Assembly (NCBI GenBank): GCA_905178155.1
Contig: CAJINV010000012.1
Coordinates: forward strand, 1,112,004-1,176,003
Source: Amoebophrya sp. A120
Lineage: Eukaryota; Protista; Dinoflagellata
DNA length: 64,000 bases
Direction of reading: 5' to 3'
Shown here: positions 12,097-25,335 of the stretch, one piece after another
Numbering within the stretch: position 1 is the first letter of the stretch
How the letters are laid out: each line of letters opens with the position of its first letter
Translations under genes and position numbers: made by a program
Notes under the pieces: model-generated
The model's input: only the letters and a program-made list of their open reading frames with translations
The model's database searches: none
What the model was told of the DNA's origin: nothing

Positions 12097-13790
12097 TTCT
12101 GCCCTGCTCGCAAGCACCTCTTCCTTGCTGCGTGGGAGGACCAGGATCAGAATCTGCGAAATCCGTTTGACCCATTGATCTCCTTGGCTGGGTCCAGGTT
12201 CACGTTCCGATCTTCTTGTTCAGATATTTATAAGTAGGTGACACTTTCGATTCTCGCATCCACTTCGACAGCTTGGCCTCAGAAAAATGCCGTGTCGGAA
12301 CGAGGCCAGCTACTCGAGCTCGTGGTCTTTCAAACAAGTGTCAATAAATATTAAGGGGGCTCTCTGTGATACGCCGACGAGCAAAAGCAGTTCATTGTTG
12401 ATCTCCCTGGACGCGACAGTTTGGACGTAACATGGGTTCATCTGCTCATCCTTTTGTGTACTTAGCTGAAAGATGAAGATCGGGATCGGCAACGAAACAC
12501 TTCATGAAAAAATGCAACATCGATCGTGGAGGCCGAGTGTGGCCATGATCGACTACTACTACGATTGATCCAAGGGCCAGAAATAGTAGAGAAGGTGGTC
12601 TCTGTAAAATAAAATCGCTGTCTTTCCAAAGCAGAACATGAGGAGCGTCGACTCAAGTAGACGTAGATCGGCTGCAACAAGGCCATGTCACGATGAATCC
12701 AGAATGTACCAAATATAGCCGCCGAGGCGGGGGTAGTGAGGTCCAGCGGGGTCTTTTTGCCAGACTGGACGACGCTGGGCCTTTTTGCTCTTTTCAGAGG
12801 AGAAACGCTTTCCCGCACGCTATGGCCCCAGAAGGGCCTCCGCCAGGGTCGGCCCTGTGGGCCGCCAAAATCGGGACCATAGCATGCGGGTTGGCCTGCT
12901 GCTTTTGGCGAGGTTTGCGTCCTTTGGTTTTTTTTTGTTGAAAAGCCGCGCCCCTGCCGCCTCCTGAATCGAAACGCTTTCCCGCATGCTATAGCCACCC
13001 AAGGGCCCCCACCAAGCCCGCCGCCCTGGGCGCCCCACATCGGGCCCATAGCATGCGGATTGGCTGAGATTTTGGCGAGCTTTCCGCCTTTTGTTTTTTT
13101 TTGTTGAAAAGTCGCACTTTTTGGATTGTTCCCCGCATTACAAATGCCCGTTTTTGGTGGCCGTCTTTGCGACCTCCAAAAGTGGCCAAAAATGGTGGCC
13201 ATAGCATGCGGATTCGCAGCTTTTTTCGGCTTGGCATTTTTTCGGCGCCCCTTTTTGGGCGCCCCAAATCGGCGGAATTAGGTGCGCTGGGCGCCTCAGA
13301 AGGGCGCCCCTTTTGCCGGCTCCTCTGCGTCGTTTTTTAGATCGGCGACCGATAGAATCCGCCGGCGATTCGGTGCCGACACAGCCAGAGCCGACTGATA
13401 AATGGGAATTTTTTATGTCAAAAAACGCTTCCGGCCGATTGAAAACTGCCGGCCGTTTTGCTGTCTGGCTGTCAAAAAAACTCCCCGGTTAGAACCGTTC
13501 GGTGACCTCACTACATAGATATGAAAACTAAACAGGTCACAAAAAAAAAATCTCTAGAACAACAAGCTCCTGGGAATTCAAACTGTCCTTCTCGGACGTC
13601 GAGCAGGAGGTGGTGCGAGGTGATCAGAGTCGGGCTCAAGATCAAGAACGTAGTGGTCTTTTGCAATTGTATTCTGTAACCGGGAACCACGAAACCAGTC
13701 GGCTTTTGTTCATGGTTGTCGGAGCTAATCCCGAACCAAAACACACGAATGCTGAACACTATCGATCGCCAGACCGTAGTTGTAGTTCCA
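12097..13790. repeat. Dispersed repeat, copy 2, split by a ~1-kb GC-rich insertion
   Basis: Homology to 8080-8760 stops at 12666 and resumes at ~13648; ACGTAG is duplicated at both junctions. Confidence 0.7.
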
Positions 13791-14753
13791 CTGTCATTGT
13801 AACAATGACAAAGTGTTTGCTGCATGAGCATTCCTTATGTGGTTGGAAATCTATAGCGCATCATGCGTAATTCGTATGACTCAAGGACTGCGGAGTACGA
13901 CACGGGGGCTTTGAGGAATCGCATTCATCTTCACACATGTAGCACATCTGTAACATTCCATTTGCTTTGTACTGCTGATTGTCACATTTTTATATATATG
14001 CATTGTCTTCTCTCTTTGTTTTCTTGTTTTCTTGTTTCGTTGTTGTCTTGAGATCTGACAGTTTTTGGTGATTTACCACCATTCTGGGTCGAGTGTTGAG
14101 CACTTTCTCGCTGGACAATGTGCATACGCTGACAATGGTGTACGTGATCGTGAAAATCAAGAATTGATGCTTCACGGAGGAGTTCTCGTCTGTCCCAAGA
14201 CTATAATTTTCTTCGTATCTAGTACAATTATACAAAATACTTATCTCCCTCTTTCAATAAAACACCTGTCCGCCCTTAGTGTTCAAGAGATCAAAGACCA
14301 ATCCCTATCCACCGATCAACCCATCGTAAGTTTTCAGCGAATGACAAAGATCCGCCAAAGCCGTCGCCACGTGACAGAGATGACAGACGGCGTTTTTACA
14401 ATGAAGAGATACTTACTTTAAACTGGCGTTTCTACAAGCAGCTTCCGTCATTTCAAACGCTGTCGTGCAAACTCTTGCACCTCCTTCTAGAGCATGATTA
14501 TACATTTTTAGAGCTAACTCTTGCACCTACATTCAACAGCATGATTATACTTTTTTAAAGCTACAGGTTGGATCAGTAGGACAAGTGTAGTTTATTTCTC
14601 ACGACTCTTTTTGATTTTATTCCACCTCCCGACGAGACGCAAGAATTGCTTGTTCCCTCGTTCAAGTGCGTCGAAATTGTTCGTCTGCACGGACGGCATC
14701 TGCACGAAGGTCTACTTCGCATCATGGCATGTTAGACGACCATCGCGGAATTT

Positions 14754-17700
14754 TTACAGGGCGGCTCTAACTTCGACCTCCCCCCAATTGATATTTGTCG
14801 GGACGAGATTTTCCCGGATTTTCAAGGTCCCCTTCAGCCGCGCCATAGCCTTGGCGAAGCCGAGTTGCAAAGCGCCACGTGTACGCACCTCGGTCGCCTC
14901 TTCTTCGAACACCTGTTGCAGCTATGCATTGCAAATATCGTCCTCGATCTGGGTTAGCTGGATTTGTGATGCAGGATTCGTATGACTATAAGACTGCAAT
15001 CGGTCGTTGTGCTGCGTGAAAATACTTACTTTTTCTGAGTACCTTTTTGTCCTCGTGCTGAGCGGCAATTCTCCGGAATGCGACTTCTTTTCACGAGTGA
15101 GTCCGCAACTACAACCGGGCTTAGAAACTTGTTACGGTCATGCGTTATTTCATATTGCGGTTATTCCGTACCAAAAGGAGTTTTATTTAGACCTGTCATG
15201 CAAGAATAGACTCCACATGACAAGAACTTCGTCGTGCTTTTAGTTTTATCCCGCTGAGGACCCCGACTTTTTATATTTGCAGTTGGTAGCAACACGCTCG
15301 GTGAACTACGACTAGAAGCAGGCAACCCGCCCTCCTTGTCCGCCGCCCCTGTACACAAGCCCCTCACCCAGGTCGCTTTGCTATCCATCGCGAACTCAAC
15401 GGCCCTGACTTCAAAGGCGGCGGGGTCGCGCGAAATTATCCCCGCACTCGGTCGTCGGACGGCTCCACGTAGTGCGGCCCGTCCTCGCTCCTTCTCCTGC
15501 TGCTGCACGACATGGACATACGTGAGGTACTCCCCCACTAAGTAAAACTCGAAGGCTTCTAGGAAGTCCGCGCGGGCTTTCTGCAATTCCATGTCCTTCT
15601 CACTCATGTGGCTACTTTGCGGCTGCGCTCCCGCCCGCTCCTCGGGGTGGTCCCGGATCGCTGTAGCCGAATTGAGGATCTTTGTAGCCGCCTTCAGGAA
15701 AGTTTTCCTCGCGACCCCCTGCAGGTCACGGAAAGATCTATCAACTGCAACAATGTCTGAGTCTGGTGTCATGCACGTTTTGCATGAGCCATGATGTCTG
15801 CGGTGCATGCCGTAACATCACAGATTTTTTGAGGGATTCTTTTTCTTGATGCCTATTCTGCATGACAAATGCCCCTTCAGCATCCGCGTAGCAAAAGTCA
15901 CATTCTCTTTGCTGCTCGTCATGCAATACAAATTTTTTTAGCATCCAAAAACAGCATCACAAGTTGCATTCCTCCAGACCAAGACATTTTTGCATGTGAT
16001 AAGATCTTCGTGGACCGTAGTTCCGCTTGAACCACGTCGAGTACTGATTGTCGAATTTCGTGTAGTACTATCCAATGCAAATATAATGTCTGGGTCCGGA
16101 AGATTCCGAGCTTTGTCATGCATTTTTTCCAAGCTCCGCCAGGTCTGGAATGCAGGGCCTAGCGTCACAGGTTCTGCAGCCCCTTGGTAATGTCTTTTCT
16201 GCACGAGAAATGCCCTATCAGCATGCCCAGAGAAAAGCGCCTTTTGCAAGCCATGCAATACAGATTTTTGTGTGATCCGCAAAACGCATCACAAGTTCGC
16301 AGCCTTGTTCCAGACCAAGACATCTTTGCGATGCATATGTACCGCCGAAAAGCAGTGTCGTACGTTCCAACAAGCTTATAGTTGCTCGTGCCCGCGATTT
16401 TGTTTCTCGAGAAAGAGACGCTTTCGGGACTAGAAAACGTCCTGTTCTCCTCCTCTCGTTTCGCCACCCGGGATAGCGCCTCGTTTTGCCCGATATGCTT
16501 TGCAAATCATGTCTGGGCCTGGCAGATGAGTGCGATAAGGTTTGTCATGCTTGTCTGGTATGACTCTGAGGTATGTGAAGATCATGCAGCTGCCAGGTCG
16601 GTGTACAAAAAGTAAAAGACAGAGAGCCGCCTCCCTGTCATTATGAAACCGCAGGAGTAGTCTCCCATAATGTGGCATTAAAGATACGGAAAAAAATAAC
16701 GCGACACAAAAAGTTGTCATGCCATTGACTGCGTAGTGCAAAACTCCATCATCGTGAACAGTTGTGCAGCCTAGCAGGAGCGTCGTTACAACCACTTATT
16801 TCCACCAGAGGACCACACCAGCACAGACCCAGGGTCTCCACCAGACCCAACATTTTTATTTATGTTTGCATTCGATACCCGATAGCATAGGCGTATTTGG
16901 CGAGCAGCCTTCGCAGCACGAGATATTCAAAGGCTTCCGCGTCATCCTCAAAGATTGTCGCGTCGGCTACCGTTCTTTCTAGTCGTAGCTCAAAAGCACT
17001 GCGACGACGATGATCAAGCGGGGTGGGGGTCCCAGAAGCAGGACGAGCCAGAAAAGCAGTGTAAGGGGACGATAGGGTGGCAGCTCGATCTAGTTGTACT
17101 TGCCTTTCGTGATGTGCAGAAGTGATGTCCCAACTCGCCGGCCCGTGCGGATAATCACTTGCATCTTCTGAGCTTCTACTTCTATCAAGACAGGGCATTA
17201 AGCGTTGCCGCCACGACCGCCTTCCTCCGGTTGTACCACGACCACGGCCCTCCGTACTAGAGGTTGTAGTTCTGGGCGGCCTGTAGTTGACGACGTCAGA
17301 AGCGGTGGCGGTGCCTATCCATTGCAAATATCGTCCCTGGGGCGTGTCTGGAAGGATACGAACTTGTCATGCGTGTTCCGGATCATATAAACATCTAGTT
17401 GCATGGACGTATGACCACTTGCAAAAAATAACTAAAGGGGGCCACTTCTGGCCATGCTGCATTGGCTCATGCAGAATCATAGGAAGGCATCATCACCTAG
17501 AGGCTGCAAGCAGAGCTTGTGATGCTAGGCCCGGCATTCCAGATCCAGACGTGGTGGAGCAGGATCAGGAACTAGACCTTGGACGAAAATAAATCTGCAT
17601 GACAATAAAACTCGGAATCGACCCTCCAGACCGAGACCAGAACACGCTTGCATTTGATAGAGGTGCCGTGAATTGTTTGCAGAAATTCTTGTCCCGCAAA

Positions 17701-18081
17701 TTCCAAACGCTCAACTTGACCAACAACAGGAGGTTGCTGCAGCCCTTCTCCTCGATGATGCTCTTCAATATGGTTATGAGGGAAGTGCTGCTTTCGGTCG
17801 GGTGTTTGAGCGGGATGCAGGAGGGACTGACGCAGGTACAGGTTGCTCCTCTCGTCCGACCGAAAGCCAAATCCGAGCCCGGCAGCTTCACGACGATCAT
17901 CACGACCAGGACGATCATCCGTGGAGCTACCAGGACGATGAGGTCCCAGTCCTCGTGAAGAACGAGCCACGACCCCGGACGTCTGTCCGAGTTCCAAAAG
18001 CTGCAGTAGAGCAGCGACCCTCAGCAACATGGCAATGCCGCGACGAGAGCTGCGAGAGGTCATGGTCATCGTGAAGAACAT
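14754..18081 (-). CDS. Hypothetical protein with possible signal peptide; 5 introners
   Basis: ORF pieces join in frame across the elements: MLLRVAALLQLLEL...YAIG|QNEA...RRY|YTKF...RRS|FRDL...SVL|QQVF...RAAL*. Confidence 0.7.
14923..15288. mobile_element. Degenerate introner
   Basis: TATGCATTGCAAATAT / ATATTTGCAGTTGGTA; TSD GCAGC/GCAAC. Confidence 0.7.
15739..16001. mobile_element. Introner family A
   Basis: TIR; TSD AGATC/AGATC. Confidence 0.9.
16069..16337. mobile_element. Introner family A
   Basis: TIR; TSD AGTAC/TGTAC. Confidence 0.9.
16494..16877. mobile_element. Introner family A (diverged)
   Basis: TIR; TSD CCCGA/CCCGA. Confidence 0.85.
17316..17659. mobile_element. Introner family A (diverged)
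   Basis: TIR; GTGCC repeat is offset by 3 nt on the right; frame retained. Confidence 0.75.
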
Positions 18082-20077
18082 AATTAAAATTGTAAAGTTA
18101 ATGTAAATGTTAAGTTAAACTCACAGTAATAAAGATCTACAGAAAAATAATTTTGTTTGGAAATAGATAGTACTATGTGTGGAAAAGCAGGTTGGGATAG
18201 GGAAGATTAGTTGCTTGTCAATAATTCGTCTTCAAATACGTAAAAGGGAAAGTTCTTTTGGGCGACAGTTGGTAAACCGCCAGCAAGAGTTTTTTAGGTT
18301 TTTTTTCGTCGCTTTATGTACAAGCTATGGTGGTTTGTCTTTGTTCTAGTTGTAGTTCTACTTTTCGTTTTCCAGCAAATAATAAACTGTACCAGTAGAG
18401 GCGCTCTTTCGGTTGATTTGCGGTGTTTATTCCCATTCTTGGTGCATCAAACGATCGTCCTCGCACTTTTCATTCACATTCTAGATGGTACTTTTGGTCA
18501 ACTACATTTTTGTCAGTGAAAAAATTCTACCGAATTATCCATCGGCCTAGACCGAGAGTGCACAGAGGCAGAAGAGTAGAGTAGATCCTGATCAATTATA
18601 CCGACATCTCTATACTTTTGCGATTTTCGACGATCGAAGATATTCTGCGGAGCTGTTGAAGACCTCCTTGTGGGGGTTCAGATCTTGTTCAGATCATATC
18701 AGTATCGGACGCTGATTCTCGCATCTACTTCTACAGCCTGGCTTCAGAAAAATGCTGTGTCACAACGATGAAACCAGCTGAGCTACTCTGGGTGGTCTTG
18801 TTTCAAGCCACTGTCAATAAGGGTCTGTATCATTGTCGACCAAAAGCACTTTGATTGTTGATCTCCAGGGACATTTGGACGTGGGCTTTCATCCTTTTGT
18901 GTCGTGCTGAAAAGATCGGCAAACAAACAGTTCACGAAATCAAATGCAACATCGATCGTCGAGGCGTGTGGCCATCGACTACGATTGATCCAAGGGCCAA
19001 AAATTATTTACAGGTAGCCTCTGCTGGAAAAAATCACTTCTGTCTTTCCAAAGCAAAACATGAGGAACGTCAACGTCGCCACCGAGAATTCGTTTGATCA
19101 AGACGTGGATCAGCATGGCATCGTGTCCTCACGAAGCCAGAAAAATAAAAAGATCAACAAACAAGAGACCGTAGCCGAGAGGACGTCGAGCGGCGTAACC
19201 CGGAAAAAAACAAAAGCACTCCTCAACACAGTAGCCGCCGTCGTCCCGCGGCCCACTGCATCGACAGTAGAAGCCACAGTCGCGCCAATTTTCCTCTCGC
19301 GGTCTTGCTCAAGTCTGCAGGTGATTATGTCATGTCTTGCTTTGATGTCAATGTGTGCATTTTCAATACATTCGTATTTTGGAGGGCATGAGAATGTTAT
19401 CTGAAATAGCATTTGATCATACCTGAGGACCACTGGGACAAAGACAGCTGCAGCTCATAAATTAGTTTCGCAACGCTCTTTTTTTTGTACATGACTACTG
19501 CTACATGGAGCGAATGTTTGGTACATAGCGGCGGTAGCTGCGTGTAAAAACTACTCCGAGGGGGTGTAATACAAAGCCGGGGGAAATGAGCAATAGAATA
19601 TAGAAACAAGGAGCGACGTTAGTATAATTTCGTGTACTTCTACTAGCAGCTGTGCTGGAACTACACTGGGGCGCAAAGCAGATATATACTGCAATCATGT
19701 AGTAGCGTAAAAAGCCCGGCGCCGCGTATCCATAATAGTACCTAGCACAGCCGTTTCTACTCCGTGGTCCATTTTTTGCTAAATAATCATAAATGAGTGA
19801 AAGTTCAAATTGTCCATTAAGCTCCTCCTCGCTCGGAAATTTTTTGTGTTAAGGAAAGAGTAGCGGTGAGCTAAACCAGTAGAATTTTACCATTAAGCCC
19901 ATTGGGTTGTTTGTTAAAATTTTGCATTTGCTGCTAAAGATCCTGGTAGTAGAAATAGCACGAGCACTCGCCACAGGTGGTGCTTCTTCATCAATTTTAC
20001 GTATTGATGATAAGTTACAGCATTTGTGTGTAAGTACTTCTTTTCTTCCCACCACGAAAAAACTCAAAAAGTATCCC

Positions 20078-22813
20078 TCACACCGCCGCCCGTTTGATTT
20101 TCCGAATCCAATCCGAGAGGGGCCGCATCTCCGACTTCTTATCGGGGTACTGCTGAAGAATCTGCTGCAGCAGCGGTTCGAGATCCTGCAGAAAGGATTG
20201 CATTTCCTCTTTCCCTCCGCTGAAAAAATCCTGCCATATGGGCAGAAAGTCCTCGTTTTATCCTATGCAAAAACGTCCCCGCCCCATAGTCAAGATGGGG
20301 ACTCGGCTAGACAAGTCCACAAGTTTTGGCTGTTTTGCATGACAGATTTGGACTCGTAGTGCAGTGCTGTTTGAGCTAGCTCAGCAGCATCACAGACCTA
20401 GTATATCATGCTGATTCGAGCATGACAAATTCCAAAACACAACTGGAAAATGCTTCTCATGGGGCTCCGTATGAGAAACATTTTCAGCATTCAGATTTGC
20501 ATCACAACTCTGGGGTGGGGACGTTTTTACACAGGATACGTTCTCCGCTAACTTTGCGAATCCCTCTACGGCAACACCTGGAATTATATATTTTTGTAGT
20601 GTTGCGTCGTGGTATCTATTTCACATTGTCCCTGAGTTTATTCTTCAAATTCTTCTACAACTAGTACGACCTTCACGTCGAACTACCTCAGCAAACAACA
20701 ATAGATGCTACCGAGGAAGTCTATCTGGTAGTCCCCCTTCCTGGCGACCACGTGGCGCAAGACGAGATAAAGTATTCTGTGTTCCTTCAGTATCCAAGAA
20801 ATAAAAACGTTGCTATTGTAAATTTGTGATGCGCAACATGCAAAGTGATTGCGTCTGTCATGCTTGGCATGCATCGTAGGATCCATTAAAGGGCGTTTTC
20901 GCGTACGATCTGCGCATGACAGGTTTTTGCTGTCATGCCAGACAAATTTGTAATGCTGTTCCTCCAAAAAAGTTACACCTACAATGTTTTTTTCTTGGAT
21001 ATTCAGCTTCGCCAGGAGCTCCCGGTTGTTCAGTTGCTCGGCGTGCTTCATGAGGGCCGTAAAGTAGTAGATGACCACATTTTCCTGGGATTTCAGACTC
21101 TCCTTGTACACGTTGTCACCCTTCCTATCGTGCGCGGTTGTGAGGACCTGACGAGAGGACATTTCGTTCATGATCTACTTCCGTATTCGTATTGATTCAC
21201 TTTTGTCATGCCAGCATTGCAGTTGGAAGCGAGAAAAGCGTGCCAACGTCCATGCAAAGAAGAAAGTAAGTATACTATACCGTGGCGATATGCTCGATGA
21301 GCAGAATGCAGTCGGTGAGCTGCAGCGTCTCCACGTGCATAAAGCCCCGAAGCAGTAGGAGCCCCAGCGATTCTTCAAACAGATTGCATTTCCGTATTGC
21401 AGCGGGCCTAAAAATGTTTATTGGACAATTTCGTTTCCAACTCATAGTAGATGCCACAACCAGTAGAAGCAAAGCGAACACAATGCTGCGCAAGGAACTA
21501 CTTACTTTCACGCCACAACACATTCACATTCCTGAAAGAAATCATAATGATATCAGAAAAAAGGAATCCAAAGTCCACACTAGAATCTGATTCTAGTGTG
21601 GGTTGATTATCAACAGTACTCGTCCATGTTCAGCTGCGCGCATATCTCTCGGAGTCTCCTGTCCTGCGCTATCGTATCCCCCACGGCAAACTGCCACTCT
21701 TTGTAGTCTATCATCATCCGGAGGCAGACATTCACTTTCGCTTCCTCTACCAAAATCCTAATCGCGTCTTCGTGCGCCGCTTGGTCCCACAACGTGCCCT
21801 CGGAAGTAGAAACGCGACCTTGGAATTACAGTTGTAACAGAAGGTTTAGGGATAGAGAATTCTTCTTGTCACCATCTGCACCTGCATGGTCGCCCTATCT
21901 GTCATCAACATGCAAATATATGCGAATGTGATTTCGTCACTCACGTTTGAGTAGCAACAATGCGCCACGATAACTACATGAACTTCTACAAGCAACGTGT
22001 CACTGGATCTACCTTTCTGCTCCGCGACGCTTTCTTCACTTGGTATCAGTGACTCCAGCTGTGCTAGCCGCGATAACTGCTCCAGCGAATCCACCAGAGT
22101 GAGCCAGTTCATGCACAGGACCTATCAAATGCAAATATCCCTGGATGTCTGCAAGAATGCAAGTCTGTCATGCTTGTCTGGCATGACTCTCAAACCTGTG
22201 ATGCGTGAGCACGAGAAGGCTGTCGTCTTGCGTGTTCCGCATGACATGCGGAATACGCAACACCTAGCAGCCCAAAAATTTGTCATGCTTGGCTGCGTAT
22301 TGCAGTGCGAATATCTTTCATTTTTAGCACTACCACTTTCCAGACCCAGACATATTTGCAACGCATAGGACCGGGTGTATCCTCAATTGTCGGACGCACT
22401 GCCGCGCGGCCTGTATCAAAAGGAAGAATCACCCCTCCGCATATCGAAAGCGAAATTTGTGATGCTGTATTTGAGTACACAAAGCGACTTGTATTGCTAG
22501 AAGGCCAAGAGCCGGAGTTGTGGCCTCATTTGCAGGCAATTTGTCATCGTGTTTCCCAGTTCCAGCTGCCTCCTGTCATGCTGAAGATGCAAGGCCTTCC
22601 CACGCCACCCTGCACTACAGTCCGCGTCTTTTCCCTTCTAACATGACAAAGCTGTTTTGTGTACACAAATCCAGCATCAGAAGTTCCGTTTTGATATGGG
22701 GAGGGGGGATTTTTCTTGTTGATAGCCTGGGCTCGGACTTCCGATGCATCCGACGTGCGGTCGTCGTCCGACTTGGTCTGCGATTCGTATTTCTGCGATT
22801 TTGTCTTGAACAT
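20078..22813 (-). CDS. Uncharacterised protein, multi-exon (4 introners plus GT-AG introns)
   Basis: MFKTK...RAQA|ARQCVRQLRIHPV|LCMNWLTLVDSLEQL...TLWDQ...EEAKVNVCLR...FEESLGLLL...RPLSDWIRKIKRAAV*; some internal junctions unresolved. Confidence 0.7.
20259..20538. mobile_element. Introner family B
   Basis: TIR; TSD CGTTT/CGTTC. Confidence 0.9.
20791..21001. mobile_element. Introner (TATCCAAGAAA.AAAAC.TTG)
   Basis: TIR; TSD TTCAG/TTCAG. Confidence 0.9.
22123..22367. mobile_element. Introner family A
   Basis: TIR; TSD GGACC/GGACC. Confidence 0.9.
22414..22724. mobile_element. Introner family C
   Basis: TIR; TSD GCCTG/GCCTG. Confidence 0.9.
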
Positions 22814-22871
22814 CACCGTCATTTGGGGGTGGATGACGAGGGAGATTGGTTTTTCTTTTTACAGGCGGTGT

Positions 22872-23402
22872 TTAAACAATAAACCTTGTTCCGAGATGAA
22901 GATACCGCCGACTCATGCGTGGAGAGAAAAAATGCCGACCCCGGATGTCTGGAATGAGCTTGTTCTCCCAGGTGTCGGCGGGCGCTTCCGCGGCAGGCCG
23001 TTGGTTCAACCGGATGGGAGAAGGAAGTTTTCGTGGTTGCGATATTACGAAAGACGCTTCTACTAGCGGTGGCGACGCAGTCGCAGCATCGAAGACTTCA
23101 TTATGTTTTACTACTTGTTTGATGTTCTTGTGTGGGTTTTTTGCAACGCTCTGCTGCATGCTCATCATACTTTTTTCCGTTTTAAGGAGCGTCCCTCGTG
23201 CGTCCCTCAGTTCCGTGAGGATGCGCTCATCCTTTCTTGGCGCCAGGGTCTTTGGAGGCACTGCTCCGGTGAAGAAGGCCTTAGTGCCACTCGCTCCCAG
23301 AAGCTGTGAAACAACTACACGCAGAGTCATTTGCTGATGTTGTTCCATATACACGACACTCCAGGCGGGCATAGCATTAACATCTTCTTCGCTCAACATC
23401 AC
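22872..23402 (-). CDS. Hypothetical ORF or exon
   Basis: 176-aa ORF with no recognised motif. Confidence 0.3.
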   Translation of the reverse strand: MMLSEEDVNAMPAWSVVYMEQHQQMTLRVVVSQLLGASGTKAFFTGAVPPKTLAPRKDERILTELRDARGTLLKTEKSMMSMQQSVAKNPHKNIKQVVKHNEVFDAATASPPLVEASFVISQPRKLPSPIRLNQRPAAEAPADTWENKLIPDIRGRHFFSPRMSRRYLHLGTRFIV

Positions 23403-23817
23403 TCAAGTTAGTTTTAGACACTTCAAGAAGCCACCTGGTTAGAGGCGACCAAACCACGGGGAAAAAAACTTTCTACGAACGCAACTACACGGATGGACGG
23501 ACAGCTAGTACTTCTCGGTACGGCAAGCAAGACGGCTAGCGGCAACCGGAAAAACGGCAAAGTTTGTCGCTCATGAAGCGTATGCCGCTCGATAAAATTT
23601 CTTGTGTACAAAACATTTGCCATGTTGGATGTCATGCAATATTCGATTTTCGAATGGTGTGCTTGTGAGGATCCGCTTGTTCCTGATGTGTTCTCGTCAA
23701 CATCATGAAGTCATGAATTTTCCTTGCAACAATCTACTACAACTGTGACATAATTCTCTGTACAAAAGACTTTTGTTTGTGTTGACCAGATCAACATGAA
23801 AACGACGACATGCTTCT

Positions 23818-25335
23818 AGTTTCTCTAGTTCTAGCACCACCATTATTATCATGGGGTTACTACGGTCTCTGTATGCTTTCAGGGCCATTAGCAGCCCATT
23901 ATTATCTATGTAGAACTTATGCTTCTTGATTTTTCGGAGGGTGGTAGGATCGATCTTTTTGATCAGCTCGCGAATGTGATGGATAAGACCAAAACACTCG
24001 CCATCAAAAGAATCAGGATCCGCTTCTGGGATCTCTGACACAATGCCACAACAGCTCACCACCAGTGGTGCGGGGGTCTCCTCCTGGAACTTGCATCCCG
24101 ACCAGGAGGCACCGCCCCCGCTGCCCGTGTCCCCTTTTGCTCCTCCGTCTGTGCATGAGACCATTATTGTTGGATCTGCGATGGCCCGCTGGATCTCGGC
24201 CTCTGTGATCTGGGAGATCAGCAACCTGCACTTGTCCTTCAGCTTGTGGTCGTCTCCGCATGCTGCTGGGTCCGGGACCCCGAAATCCGCCGCCACCGTG
24301 CTCATGTCGCGCACACTAATCTTGTCCACGCCTCGCCAATACTTCCTACCGATGCTGAGCGCTACTGCTGCCTCCGCTAGTTCCCTAAAGTCGTCGCTCA
24401 GTGCTATGCGGTTCATCCTGTCAGACCAGGCCTCTGTGCACGGGGCCCACAACGGGTTGACAAACTGCGCGGCTCCGACTACTTCTCCCGGATCTCCTTG
24501 TGCGTGGATGTTCGCTGACGAGGGAAACTCGTCGGCCTCAACATCTTCATCAACTTCTTCTGCATCCGGGGTGCCGGCGGTGGGTGGAGGAGAGGGAGGA
24601 CGCGCGGCACTACTGCTACTGCTACTTTTACTGCCTACTGCTGCTGAGGTTGCTTCTCCCGGGGGCGCCGGAGGATGAGGACGGAGCGCCGACGCCCTGA
24701 CACTATCTGACTCATTACTGCCGGATCTATCTGCAGCTGGCGGTACGGAGAGGTGGTGGGAGCTGCTACTGCTGCTTGACATACCGGCCTGCGGCAGGGA
24801 GGACAGGAGAAGGGAACTACTACTGCTACTGCTGCTTACCTGTGGCGCAGGTGGACGTTTGCTACTGCTACTGCTGCTGGGGGCGCTTTCGCCAACTGCG
24901 ACATCATTCCGCGGCGGGGTGGGGAGGGATACAGCGTTACTACTGTTGCTGCTGCTACTGCTGCACAGCGGCGCCGGCGTGGGAGGAAGAGGGCCGGCGG
25001 CTGCAACAAGTCCTACGGCCGGCCGGAAGCTCGGGATGTTGTCACTGCTGAGGTGGAGGCTCCATAGCTGCTGCGCCGCGCCCTTGAAGAACACCATCAA
25101 CGCGTCCACCAGCATGTAGTCGATGGGAGGGGCGAGGCCGGTAGTGTGGAAGAGGACGGCATTGCTAGTATTCTTCGGGAGGTCGAGGCGTTGTTTGATT
25201 TTACTACTGAAGGCCGCGCTGATCTCTTTCTTGGCCGCCAGCGTGAAGAAGGGAAAAGTCACCACCGAAATGGAGGTGACTGCAGGATAGGCGAAGGCGT
25301 TCATCAACATTATAAGCTGCTTGACTCCCCACCCC
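23818..25335 (-). pseudogene. Non-LTR retrotransposon ORF2 fragment: RT thumb/connector, Ser/Pro linker and RNase H
   Basis: RLDLPKNTSNAVLFHTTGLAPP resembles a LINE thumb; RNase H catalytic pattern TDGG...GECFGL...YIDN; truncated at both ends. Confidence 0.75.
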
